Assembly: GCF_004010195.1 (NCBI RefSeq)
Contig: NC_057711.1
Span: 78,707,738 to 78,771,737, forward strand
Origin: Chiloscyllium plagiosum
Taxonomy: Eukaryota
Direction of reading: 5' to 3'
Length of the DNA: 64,000 bases
Made by a program: the position numbers and the translations under genes. Below the pieces are notes generated by a model. The model searched no databases, was not told the DNA's origin, and saw only the letters and a program-made list of their open reading frames with translations. Positions within the stretch are counted from its first letter, which is position 1; each line of letters begins with the position of its first letter. Below, one piece after another: positions 14,046 to 27,900 of the stretch.

Positions 14046-14142
14046 CAAAGTTACTGCATTTGAGAAAAAGAACTTGGGCTGGATCTTATCTCTTTCTTGT
14101 TTTGGCTAAGTTTGAGTTGCACTGAGCTATTTTTTAATATAA

Positions 14143-16030
14143 GAAAGTTTTTTGAGAAGATTTGTAGCTCCAGTTGAGATTCTGGATGTAGATTTGCTCA
14201 CTGAGCTGGAAGGTTTGTTTTCAGATGTTTTGTCACCATACTAGGTAGCAGCATCAGTGAGCCTCTGGATGAAGCACTGGTTGTATGGCCAACTTTTCTA
14301 TTTGTGTTTGTGTTTCCTTGGGCTGGTGCCACCATTTCCTGTAATTAGAGAGTGGTGAATGGGATCCAAGTCAATGCTGTTGTTGATGGAGTTATGGTTG
14401 GAATGCTATACTTCTTGGAATTTTCATGCATATCTCTGTTTGGCTTGTCCTAGGATGGATGCGTTGTCCATCACAGAACAAAATCACAGCCCTACTCAAA
14501 AAAACTTAAGAAATCTGGATAAATAAAGAAGGCCAACTTCGAAAAAATGAAACCAGACAAATCCAACACACCACCACGCTTCTTCGGATGACCCAAAATT
14601 CACAAACCAGGAGCCCCCCTCAGACCCATAATCTCGCTACCCAGAATACCAATTTACAGATTAGCCAAGGAGCTACACCAAAGACTAAAACACTTAGTAG
14701 AAGACTCACGCTACTCCATTCACTCTATCCAAGAATTCCTGAAGACCATCAAAAATACCAAGATAGAGGATGAAATAATGGTCTCCTTTGATGTAACAGT
14801 CCTTTTCACATCCATCAACATCAACCTGGCCAAGGAAACACTGACTACACTATTAGAAGAATCAAGACACGTACACCAAACACCACCAACTTCATCAGCA
14901 AGGACAATATCGTCAAGCTAGTGGACCTATGCCTTACCACTCACTCCTTCAACAAACCAACAGAACACCCATGGGATTTCCACTATCAGGGCTCTTAGCA
15001 GAGGCAGTAATGCAGAGACTCGAACAAACAGCTCTGCCAACCATCCAACCCAAACTTTGGGTCTGCTACGTGGATGACACTTTTGTCATCACTAAACAAA
15101 ACAAATTCGAGGAAACCTTCAAGGCCATCAATAATACCCTTACTGGCAAAAGAATTCACTAAAGAGGAAGAAAACAACAAACTGCCATTCCTTGATGTTG
15201 CAGTAGAGTGAACAGCCAATGGGGAACTTCAAACCAGCATCTTCAGGAAAACAACACCATACGGAACAAATACTGAACTATAGGAGCAATCATCCCAACA
15301 CCCACAAAAAAGCTGCATTAGAACATTATTTAGCAAGCCACTGCACCCTGCAGCACAGAGGAACTATGCAGAGCAGAGGAAAATCACCTTTCCAGTGTAT
15401 TCAAAAAGAACGGGTACCTAATGAACACAGGCCACCGATTTCTCAGCAACAAACTGCAACAAGCAGACAAAACACATCCAGAAACCCTAGCTACTCTCCA
15501 CTACATCAAAGACATCTCTGAAATGATTACTCCGATCTCTTGGCATCATAGTAGCCCATAAGTGAACCAACACACTAAAACAGCAGCTAATGAACTTGAA
15601 AGCCCCTATTACAGACAACAAGCAAAACTAATGTCATTTACTAAATACCTTGCAAGAACTGTAACAAACCTTACATTGGACAAACAAACAGAAAACTCAC
15701 CACCACAATAGATAAATATCAACTAGCCACAAAGACATCACCCACTCTCACTAGTATCCTTACATACAGATGAGGAAGGGCACCACTTCGACTGGGACAC
15801 CACATCCAGTCTAGGACAAGCCAAACAGAGACACTCGCGAGAATTCCTAGAAGCATGGCATTCCAACCAGAACTCTATCAACAAACACATTGACTTGGAT
15901 CCTAATTACCACCCTCTGAGAAAAAGAACAGGGAATGATGTCACCAAGCCAAGAAAACCCAAACACATAAATAGAAAGCAGGCCATACCACCAGTGCTTC
16001 ATCCGGAAGCTCACTGATTATGTTACCTAG
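14143..16030 (+). mobile_element. Penelope-like retroelement (RT plus GIY-YIG), frameshifted, with inverted 5' copy of its 3' end
   Basis: PKIHKPGAPLRPIIS, MVSFDVTVLFTSI, TPMGFPLSGLLAE, YVDDTFVI, VIY*IPCKNC...YIGQT and REFLEAWHS. 14240-14470 is the reverse complement of 15795-16030. Confidence 0.92.
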
Positions 16031-16329
16031 CTTTTTTTTTTAAAGGTTTATTTGCTGTGTGCCCTGGTCCCTTTTTTTTTTTGCTGTATCTTGCCAAACT
16101 TGCCTCATTTTGCCTATTTATCCATCCCTTGTGGTATCCCTTTTGTCCAATACCATTCCAGCTTACTATGGGTCAATTTCAGAACAACTCACCACTGCCA
16201 GGAGATCCTGGATTTGACTGGTATCTATAGCATTGGAATTGTCATTAAAGGCTGGAGAGCACTTGGACAAGCACTGTCAGTCTGGAGCTGCCCTGTACGG
16301 TTCCTGATGTTTGCTCCAGATGTGACAGC

Positions 16330-16530
16330 AAAGGGAAGTTTGTCACCTTGCTTTGCTGGTAGGGACCTGGAGATGTATAGTATGGGCGTCCTCTTCCCCC
16401 AGGACCAACGGGGGGACCCCCAACATGAGACCATGCCAATCTAGCCTGAGGCTGCCAACCAGGACGGTTCAGTTTCAGCAGTTTGGAAGAATGCACAGCA
16501 ATGTAAGGAAAAAGGTCAATATGCACTGCA
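16330..16530 (+). mobile_element. Possible Harbinger/PIF Myb/SANT-like ORF relic
   Basis: PCFAGRDLEM...VLFPQDQ...VSAVWKNAQQC then (frameshift) RKKVN resembles the trihelix Myb-like protein of Harbinger transposons. Recognised by eye only. Confidence 0.4.
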
Positions 16531-18926
16531 ATCTTCCCTCACTTGCTATCACCCACTTTTTAACTTCCAACACCACTGCATGTTCTCTGAGCTGCCTAGT
16601 CACTTGCTCGAAACGTCTCCCCACCTGCATCAAAAGTAACAGCTGTGCCAGCCACTTGCCTCTCCCTTTTAATACCTGCCTCTTTTCATCCAGAAGGATA
16701 AGAGTCCAAAAAAGGCAGGACTGCCGACAATTAGGATCAGCTTCCTGGCTTAGGCTGTGCTAATACAGTAATACCATGAGTCTGGTTTCTCTGGCTGAGG
16801 GATCAAAGTGCAAAAAGGCAAACTGGATGCTGAGAGTATCCCTCTGAGTATGCTCTGGGAGTGAGTGAGTGTTAAGACAGCTAGTGAAGGTCCCACCGAT
16901 GCAACCAGATCCAGTCCATGATCTGGATGTATGTTCAGTGCCCTTGCTGCAGCATTACAATGCTAGTTGCTGCTGTGGCAATGAAGCAGAGAAGTATACT
17001 TTTGATTTGGAGATGTTCCTAGAGACACTCACATGTCAGATGCCGCGGATGTGGGGTGTGTCGCTCATGTCCATGGACCATGCCCTAAGATATTGGAAAC
17101 CAGGCACCAATATGGATATTCTTGGAGTAAGTGGTGAACTGAAGTTGCCAGGCACCCACTCTGACTCTCATGTTGATAATTCCCAGCATCATGCTTTTTT
17201 TTTTTGGTGCATTTGCTAAGTGAGGAAGCTGAATATTAATGAGCTGATTTTCATCTGGTGTTATTAAAGTTATTAACAAGCTCTAAACCCCTTTAATTAG
17301 CAACTTGCCTTGTGTAGCAGGAAACTCAATTCTCCACTCAAAGGCATAAACAATACAGAAGGCTGCTCCTGGTGTCGAAGTAGGCTTCATGAGATGACTT
17401 GTGCGATTCTACCACAAATCCCACCGTAGCCCATGCAGTTCAGACCACTAAGGTTCTGTCTCCTGCTTTTGTAGATGGCAAAGTCTCTAGTTCATAATGG
17501 TTTTTGGTGAGAAGCTAGGAACTGGTTTCCCTTCACTATGTGACTCCATCTCTCTATTAGCCAGCATAGTATCAACTTAAAACAATTAAAACTTTTTTTT
17601 GTGGATACTTATTCTAGTTCCAATGTACTTGTTTTAAATGGAGCTAATTAAACCAGGCTTTCAGGATTGAGTTTATTGGTTATTAAAATGGGATAAAACA
17701 AACTATGTACACACATTTAGAAATGGCTCAAAAAAGGTAAGATTTTAAAAATAAATATACACAAATCAGTTTTCAGTTTGTCTGAGGAGTAGATGGCTAT
17801 TTTAAATTAAGATTTTATAAAAAGGGATTCGAACAGGAGTAAGGTTACAGCTCTTTTTATAAGGTAGGCTGTAGTGTGCTTTATGGCACCTTTTTTAGGG
17901 TATTAAAGGTTCTTGCTGCTAAGTGTCCAGAAGAAATGACTGTATAGGACCCTTGTGCACCCGAAGGCCTGGTCAACCTTGGCAGCAAACTAGAGAATAT
18001 GGAGAGCTTCCTACAAACAGGATAAGAGACTGAGTGGACAACGTCTCACTGTTCATATTGTACAAGAGTGAAATTTTCTGTTTGTATTAGATGGACACCG
18101 GGCTGAGATTGGAAGGACAAAGTTAGACAGAACTCTTTTTAACCAGTGCAAGACTAAAGTTGTTTCAACAAATACCAATTTAACCTGCACACTTGAATCT
18201 TATGTAAGGAGAGTAACCACAACAGCTGATCCAGTGGCATTGACTGACTGTGTGGCAGTTGAACAATTGGTCTGGTGATTCTGGCTTCAGCAAATTCTTT
18301 TTTTTGCGAGGAGTTGTCTAGTTTCTTCTATAATGGCTTCATACCAAAGTCTTGCTTCTAGCAATTGGCTTGCTTTTTTTTTTCACTTGCAAGCAAGAGG
18401 ATAGCCAGTAGATATTTTCAGCAATAATCCTCACGGCATACACTAGCCCACTAACACTCGAACACCAGACTAGGCCATACTGAGCTGGTTTGTAACCCCT
18501 TCTCTTGTGCATGATCCTGGAAGGACATAGACATCTTTTCAACCAGACTACTCTTTCTCTTATGTACTGTAATTATGGCCTTCATCTGACAATGTAACAC
18601 TCAGGGTGATTCAGGTTTTTTAAATTGTATATTTCCTTCAGAAATCTTTCTGAAGTTTCTCAACACCATTTAGGGTATAATATTCCAGGCTACCTCTCAA
18701 AGCTAAGAGTAATCCACACAGGAATTTTCTAAATAGTCCCTCAGTTGCATTCTCAGCCATCCCAGATTAGTATGTTCTTTCTAAATAAAAACAAAGCAGC
18801 CTGTCTTACTTCAAAGTTCAATATGCTTAGAAGTAACTTGGGTCTATAATCTGCTGTTGTGATAAATATTATGATTTGATGTATTAGTGTGTCATTATTT
18901 TAATGGATGATGTTTCATGTCTCCAG

Positions 18927-18987
18927 GTCTTGCTTCAAGCACAGAAAGAACTGCTGGATTACAAGGGACTTGGAATTAGTGTTCTAG
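18927..18987 (+). CDS. PSAT1: PSAT1 exon 2 ([20 protein letters not shown])
   Basis: ctccag| acceptor, |gtgagc donor, 61 nt; peptide matches the PSAT1 N-terminal region. Confidence 0.96.
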
Positions 18988-21900
18988 GTGAGCCTGCAAA
19001 ACTATAGATTACTTTAAGTTAACCTCATGCATTCATACTTCAACTTTTTTTTTCTTGTTTCAACAGAAATGAGCCACAGATCTTCAGATTTCATCAAAAT
19101 TGTCAACACAACAGAAAATGATCTGCGAGAACTGCTGTAAGGATAACTTCAATTCACTTACTGCAATTAAGAGTTTATAGAATATAACACTATTTTCACA
19201 ATCACCTTGATTTTTGTGGTTTACCGGTCATGACTATACTTTTACAAAAATAGTCATTCCAATGTAAAAAATGTAGCAGCTAATGTAGACTTGGTCAACT
19301 CCCACCAGTAGCAATGTGATAACAACCAGATGATCTTTATCTTTTTTTCACTTGTGATGCTGATGTAACTCCCCAACTCCCTCTTTGAAGCTGTTGTTAT
19401 AAAGCGGAGGTTAAACACACCATGCCCCCACCTCCCCAAGAACTAAAACTGAAACGTCCAGAGAGCAGCACCTCGCCCTATAATCTGTAAAGAATGTGAA
19501 AAATGATATAAACTAATCTGCAGGAACTTTATTGTGGTTAAATACAATAAATCCCTGATACTTGCTTTTTAAAATCAACAAGTAACAATTTATTTATCTA
19601 ACTCCAACAATGAATAAGTTAACTAAACTATTAACAAACCAAATAAATCCCTCCTAGCTACTAACTATTTCTGAATAAAACAAGATTCTAATGGTATGCT
19701 GTTTCAATAAATACAAGTCCCAATCATATACAAAAAAAAATAGAATTTGGTCTTTTGATTTGTGTCAGGAATATACCCTCCGTTTCTTCAGTCAGGAATG
19801 CCTTTTCTGTCATTGGTACTGTTGTTTTTTTTAGATGATGCTTTCTCTAATACATAAGTGAAAGCCAATTTCTTTCTTAATAGCTATGGGCAGTTGGCTC
19901 TGGCGGGTGGCAGGTAGCTCTCTGATCTTTGTCCAACTGCTCCCTTCTTTTATACCCAGGATAACATAACAATGTTTCAGCTATTACAAGGGGGCATAGC
20001 TTTAAATTAAGGGGGGGGTAGGTATAGGACAGATGTTAGGGATAGGTTATTTACTCAGCGAGTCGTGAGTTCATGGAATGCCCTGCCAGTAGCAGTGGTG
20101 GACTGTCCCTCATTATGGGCATTTAAGCGGGCATTGGATAGGCATATGGAGGATAGTGGGCTAGTGTAGGTTAGGTGGGCTTGGATCGGCGCAACATCGA
20201 GGGCTGAAGGGCCTGTACTGCGCTGTATTCTTCTATGTTCTATGTTCTAATATTCCTTAAGTAGGATTGGTCCAATGTTGTCAAAGTCATCCAATTTTAA
20301 AAGGTTTTAGTAACTGAAAGGCCTGGTTCAAATTGATTGGCTAAATTCAAAAACCTGTTGTCTTTGTAAAAACTGCTGCTTGGCCTGCTAACTGTACGGC
20401 CTTTTGATACAAATGTTTCAGTTCAGGCTCTCTCTACACCTGCAAACCCCCTAGCTGCTGCTCACAGACATACAGTTTACATCTCTAAGCACCAAAAAAA
20501 AACATCTTTTAAAGATACCACACAATGCTTTACCCCCTAGCATTTTACGATTTTACATACACCAAACTCTACTTTCCTGACTCCCAATGTACAATTACTT
20601 TACCCAACTTTGCAACATTGTGAAACTGAATCCTTCATGCCAACAGGCATGTAGAGCCTTAGTTTAACACTTTATCTGAAGTTCATCACCTCCAAGAATA
20701 AAGTGCTTCCTCAGTTCTGCAATGGTGTGCCAGCTTTGAGGTTTTGAGCTTCAGACCTGAAATCCAACTTGAATCCAGTTCTTTGTGGTTTCAGAGGCAG
20801 TCTGTCAACTACCTTCACCATTGCTGACACAATAATCCATGATCAATATCCCTAGTGAGAATACAGTTAAAATCAAGGGATGATGAAATCTCAGAATAAA
20901 TTAGTTGAACATTTTAAAATGATATAAGAGCATGTACCAAGCCGGTGAGATGATGTTGCAGTCGTAATGACGTTGGACTAGAAATACAAATATCCCAGGC
21001 CAGTGTTCTGGGGAACAAAAACTGGAATTTAGCAGCTCCGTCGGCATTTGTGGAGAGAAAACAGTCAATGTTTTGGGCCCAGTGTCCTTTCCTCGGAATG
21101 GGAAATCTAAAGAAGGGTCACTGAACCCAAAATGTTGACTCCACTTTAATTCCATAGATGCTGCCAGACCTTCTGAGTCTCTCCAGCAACTTCTGTTTTT
21201 TTTTTGTTTCATGCTTCCAGCATCTCCAGTTAGTTTTTTGTTTTGTTCAATGTTCTGGAGACATTGAATCTCACCATGGCAATGATGAAATTTTGAATTC
21301 AGTACAAATCTAAGATAAAAAAGCTAGTGTAATGCTGTTTTTTATTAAATGGAAAAACCCATCCAGGTTCATTAATATCCTGTTAGGAAAGGGAAACTGC
21401 CATTCCCACCTTGTCCATATGTGACTCCAAACCCACAGCACTGTGGTCGACCGGTAACTGTGCTCAGGCAATTAAGAATGGGCCATAAATGCCTATCCAA
21501 TGAACCGTTTTAAAAATAAAATCACCATCTGATCACTTAATTTACACTCAAATGTTTTACAGGTCTGTTAATGTATGTAAGTGGCTAACCAGAGAATTTG
21601 TTTGCTGAATGAGAGTTTTAACATATTTGTACAGTCAGGACAAGTGCAAAGCTTGCAGATAACTGAAAATTTTGATAAATGTAAAGTGGTGAGGGAACAG
21701 TGTCGAACTTCAAAATTACATTGATAAGTTGATGGAGTGGACAGAGAGGTGGCAGTTGATGCTCAATGGGGAGGTGCTAAGTGATACATTTTGGTAAAAA
21801 GAATATGGAGAAACAGTAGAGTGCTATTGTTAAAGGTGTACAAGAGCAGAGAGATCTGATGTATACTTATTTCTCATTATCCACTGATTTGCTACCTGTG

Positions 21901-24900
21901 GATTTGTATACTCATGAGATCGGCTCCAGTACCATACTGTATGAACAATATACTGTAATTACTTCTAACCTTGTCTTCCTCAAGATTACTCTGATAAAGA
22001 TGTGTGCATTCTTATGGTTTTAAAAATTTGCTAAGCAAATATTTTTATTGTATTAAAATATTTTTGTTTATTTCAAGACGTATTGGGTACAAAGGAGAGG
22101 GTCTTAGTGGAATCTGCATTTTCTTTTTGTTATCCACAGGAATTCTGTGCCCCTACCAATGTCTCCGATAAGGAGGACTGAGTGTATCTGCATGTGTCAT
22201 TAAGGGTAACAGGATGGATAGAGATTTTTTTTGTAGAAATCCTGTGATATTCTAGACTTAATCTCGCTGCTTTTATGCCCCAATTAAATTTATGCTGAAT
22301 TTGTGGAGCCTTTAATGTCAGGTGCACTCGAACGAAAAGTTTGTAATGTCACCACGTGGTGCCATCTTAGGTACAGGGTACCTAGTACAGATACTTTTAA
22401 GTGTTGTTAAAGAATTAAAATAGTAAAAAAGAAAAAGACTGACCTGGGAATACAGTGTTTTAAAAGTCTGAATGAGAATAAAAAGTGTCTTCAAAATACT
22501 CAAGTCTGTGCCTATCAGTGTTTGAACACGAGGCCTTGCTGTCTCCACGCACTGACCTCTGTCCCAGACTCTCCTCCAGGGCTTGTCCCCTGCTCCAGCT
22601 GTGACTTGGCTCCCTACTTGGCCCACGCTGGCTCTTCTCTCACTCTGGCCATGGCTCGCTTCCAGGACTCTGCCTGCATTTGCTCTGCTTCTGCTCCAGC
22701 CGTGACTCACTTTTCTGTTTAGACCTCAACTGGAGTGTTGCATACACCTTAAGGGGGGACGTGAATATACAGAACGGTATGCAGAAGAGGTTTTCAAGAA
22801 GCTTCAGTCAGAGTCACAGAGATATACAGCACAGAAACAGATTCTTCGGTCCAACTCCTCCATGCTGACCAGATATCCCAACCTAATCTAGTCCCATTTG
22901 TCAGTACTTGACCCATATCCCTCTAAACCTTCACATCCAGATGCTTTTTAAATGTTGCAATTGTACCAGCCACCATGTCTACCTCTGGCAGCTCATTCCA
23001 TATATAAAAGTTGCCCCTTGGGTCCTTTTTATATCTTTCACCTCTCACCCTAATCCAATGCCCTCTAGTTCTGGACTTCCTCACCCCATGGAAAAGACTT
23101 TGTGTATTTATCCTATCCATGCCCCTCATGCTTTTATAAACCTCTATAAGGCCACTCCTCAGCCTCCGACACTCCAGGGAAAACAGCCCCAGCCTATTCA
23201 GCCTCTCCCTATAGCTCAAATCCTCCAAGCCTGCCAACATCCTTGTAAATCTTTTCTGAACCCTTTCAAGTTTCGCAACATCCTTCCAATAGGAAGGAGA
23301 CCAGAATTGCATGCAATATTCTAAAAGTGGCCTCACCAATATCCTGTACAGCCACAACGTGACCTCCCAACTCCTGTACGCAATACTCTGACCAATAAAG
23401 GGAAGCATACTAAACGCCTCCTTCACTATTCTATCTATCAGCGACTCTACTTTCAAGAAACTATGAACCTGCACTCCAAGGTCTCTTTGTTCAGCACTCC
23501 CCAGAAACTTACCATTAAGTATTTAAGAACTGGCTCAAAGGTAGAAGACAGAGGGTGGTGGTGGAGGGTTGTTTTTCAGACTGGAGGCCTGTGACCAGTG
23601 GAGTGCCACAAGGATCGGTGCTGGGTCCTCTACTTTTTGTCATTTACGTAAATGATTTGGATGCGAGCATAAGAGGTACAGTTAGTAAGTTTGCAGATGA
23701 CACCAAAATTGGGGTGTAGTGGACAGCGAAGAGGGTTACCACAGATTACAACAGGATCTGGACCAGATGGGCCAATGGGCTGAGAAGTGGCAGATGGAGT
23801 TTAATTCAGATAAATGCAAGGTGTTGCATTTTGGGAAAGCAAATCTTAGCAGGACATATACACTTAATGGTAAGGTCCATGCGAGTATTGCTGAACAAAG
23901 ACCTTGGAGTGCAGGTTCATAGCTCCTTGAAAGTGGAGTCGCAGGTAGATAGGATAGTGAAGAAGGTGTTTGGTATGCTTTCCTTTATTGGTCAGAGTAT
24001 TGAGTACAGGAGTTGGGAGGTCATGTTGTGGCTGTACAGGACATTGGTTAGGCCACTGTTGGAATATTGCATGCCATTCTGGTCTCCTTCCTATCGGAAA
24101 GATGTTGCAAAACTTGAAAGGGTTCAGAAAAGATTTACAAGGATGTTGCCAGGGTTGGAGGATTTGAGCTATAGGGAGAGGCTGAACAGGTTGGGGCTGT
24201 TTTCCTTGGACCATGAAAGGCTGAGGGGTGACCTTTATAGAGGTTTACAAAATTGAGGGGCATGGATAGGATAAATAGACACAGACTTTTCCGTGGGGTT
24301 GGGGAGTCCAGAACTAGAGGGCATAGGTTTTAGGTGAGAGGGGAAAGATATAAAAGAGAACTAAGGGGCAACTTTTTCACGCAGACGGTGGTGCATGTAT
24401 GGAATGAGCTGCCAGAGGAAGTGGTGGAGGCTGGTACAATTGCAACATTTAAGAGGCAGTTGGGTGGGTACATGAATAGGAAGGGTTTGGAGGGATATGG
24501 GCCGGGTGCTGGCAGGTGGGACTAGATTGGGTTGGGATATCTGGTCGGCATGAACAGGTTGGACCGAAAGGGTTTGTTTCCATGCTATACATCTGTATAA
24601 GTCCTGCTCTGATTTGCTTTCCCAAAATGCAGCACCTCCCATTTATCAATATTAAACTCCATCTGCCAGTTTATGGAGCAGATACTGCTCAGCCCATTGG
24701 CCCATCTGATCAAGATCCCATTATAATCTGAAGTAACCTTTTTTGCTGTACAATACACCTCCAATTTTGGTGTCATCTGCAAAACTATTAATATACTTCC
24801 TATGTTCACATTCAAATCATTATTATAAATGACAAAAAAGTAGTGGACCCAGCACCGATCCTTGCGGCACACCACTGGTCAAAGGCTTGCAGTGTGAAAA

Positions 24901-27900
24901 GCAACCCTCCACCACCACCCTGTCTTCTACCTTTTGAGTGAGGATAGATTGGAGAAATTGGGATTATTATTCCTTGGGGAGAAGGCTGAGGGAAGATTTA
25001 ATGGAATGTTTAAATCATGTGGATTCTGGACAGGGTACATTGGGAAAGATTGTTCCCACTCATGAATAGGTCAAAAATCAGAGAGCACAGTCTTTAGTGA
25101 TTTACAAAAGAAGCAATACAAGATGAGACTACTTTTCTTGCTATGAGTGCTTGTGCTCTTGAATGCACTGTCCAGAAATGTGGTAGAGTAGGCTCAATTG
25201 AGGCATTTAAGAGGGCATTGAATAATTCTTTCCCTATAACTCTCTAAATAGAAAGGCAGGAGTCTTTCTGCACTATAACAATTCTGTGATTATGCTGCAT
25301 AATTATGTTTCCAATTGTAAGTTGTATTGGTTAGAATTGGTGATTATGTTAAAATGGTCAGAGATTAGCAATTCAATTTGCATTACCTAGTTTAAAGTCT
25401 CAGCCTTGACTCACTGAATTGCTATATTGTCTTTTCTGAATGTGATTTTACCAGCCTCATTGGGTGAACTAAAAAGATCCCAAGGCACTTTTCAAAGATT
25501 AGAGAAATTGTGGCTGTTACCTTTCCCTCTGTTTTAAACTGATAACTGTATAGAAATATTTTTGTTTGCTTTTGCTGATTGACTCCCCAATTGCAGATGG
25601 TGTGCAACCTGCACACTTACAGCTATGTCCTAGAGCTCCGACAGCAATAAACACAGCATCACCTTTTCTCTCTATTTCTTGCTGACGGTCACTGTCACTT
25701 CTGCTTCCCTTCACCTCTCCTCCTGGCTTGACTGGCAGGGATTGTGATTGAGTGATAAGGGCAGCCTAAGGTTTTAGGTGGTAAATTGCAGTTGTACACA
25801 GAGGTGACATTAATTTGGGAGAAATGTAGCAGGGATGGGTGGCATCTGAGTGCTTGTTCAGTGATAGGAATTGATGAGTGTATTCTTATTGGGTGTGAAG
25901 TGCTTTTGGAACATTTGAAATTGCCCAAGTGTTAAATCTTTTTTTTAACTGAGGTTCTTACACACTTGATGCAACTGCAACTCACCATCTGTGAACAAGC
26001 TAGATGTTATTAAGCACAGTACAATACAAGCTTTGGAGAAACCCTGAACTCTCTTTGCCATTCCTGCGAGGCATGTCCAGGGAAGCTTTCTGAACAAAGG
26101 AAACAGTCCTTGCTTTATACAAAATCTTTACATCACATTCAGTGATGTCCACCAGACAACCCCCAGTCACTCCCTCGCAGTCACATGCCACTCAAGATAG
26201 TGTTTCTGGCGGTGACGTGGTCACTGCAATGTAATGCAAATTATTCCTTAATGGTCGGATCTAGTGTGAATTCAATTTTTTTAACCAAGTGGAGTTGTCA
26301 GAATTCCAATTTATTGATTTCTGAATAGGGAATGATGATGCAAATGGATATGAATGGCAAAAGAATGGCCATGTAAATGGCTCTGAATAATGGGAGAGGA
26401 TGATGTAATTTTCTTACAATATATCTGTAAGTTAGAGGCATCCCACCCTAGCCTTGGGACATCCCATTTCCTGTAGGTTAACAGAGCAAATTAACTCTTT
26501 AATATCACACAAGTAATTTGATATGCAGTGCTGCAATTGGAGGAACAACTGGTTGGAGGATCACAACCTTTGTGATCTTTCAACAAACTTGCCATTTAAG
26601 AATATTTGTATTCTAATTATAGTTAAGCTAATCTCAGCAAAGGTTTACAGCAGTGTTTGGCATTCCTCCTCAAGGAAGGGAAGATTCACCTGTGTTTATA
26701 TATCTTTAATGCAGGAATATTCCAGAAAACTACAAGGTAATTTTTCTCCAGGGAGGTGGAACTGGTCAGTTCAGTGCTGTCCCTTTAAACCTTATTGGAT
26801 TGAAAGAAGAGAGGAGTGCCGATTATGTGGTGACTGGATCTTGGTCTGCTAAAGCAGCCATTGAAGCAGCGAAATATGGAAAAGTGAATATTGTTCATCC
26901 CAAGCTCGATGCTTACATAAGTAAGAACATCTTGTTTAATGGATCCATTATGGCCAACTGAATATCTAAGATCTGATTTTTTGAAAAACAAAAATCTTGT
27001 TTTCCAGCAATTCCAAATCCAAGTAGTTGGAATTTGAATCCAAACGCTTCTTATGTTTACTGTTGTGCCAATGAGACACTGCATGGTGTGGAATTTCCCT
27101 TTGTCCCGGACACAAAAGGAACTGTGCTGGTCTGTGACATGTCGTCATGTTTTCTTTCAAAGCCAGTAGATGTCTCCAAGGTAGGTCCTTTTCACTTAAC
27201 TTTCAAGACCACCTTTGTCTTTACATTGCAGTGGGTATTCTTAGAAAAACTGGTGTATTAAATGAAAGATTTCAATTGCATGGCGGGGATCAGGAAAAAT
27301 AGTTCGTCCAATGAGAAAGGTTAGATAAAGGTATATGAAAATCTGAATGTTTTGAAAAACAAAAGGAGATGAAACAGCTTCTGATTATAGCATGAGGATC
27401 ATGCTTATAAGGTAAATGATAAAAGAACCAGGCAGAAAATGATTGGGGGGAGAAAGGTTATGGTCTTGAAAGGTGGTGGAAAAATTAAATCAAGTATTCA
27501 TCGAATTTCCTTTTAACATTGTGGAAACACCTTGCCCAGACTGAGGAAAGAGTTAGAAATGGGACCTTTTTCCCTCAAAAGCATGTGCAAGTGTGATGGA
27601 CTGAATTATTTTCTATTGTGTTGTATCATTTTGAGACGTTTGATAACCTTATTCTATTGTTCAGGTGATCCAAAGTATACCATAAAACACACAGGAGTTT
27701 ATTTTGATGTTGTTCTGAAGCTTCTATTGCAAAGATAGATAATTATATGTAACTGGTTTTAACTTTTTTACAAAGCAGATAATACAATGGGAATCTGATA
27801 ATTCTAGATTACAGGACACATAAATTCAGTAATACTGATAGTTTGCTGAAACTGCAGAATGCAATAACCACTAGAAAAGCTAACTTGGATCTGGAGTTTG

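Noticed and set aside
16085..16112. gccaaacttgcctcat resembling the AKLPH segment of PSAT1 exon 1
   Set aside because: AKL and LPH fall in different frames, there is no preceding GP, and no donor site follows.
17598..18800. Possible additional solo LTRs here and at ~11055-11830
   Set aside because: Only compositional hints; I could not define termini or TSDs.
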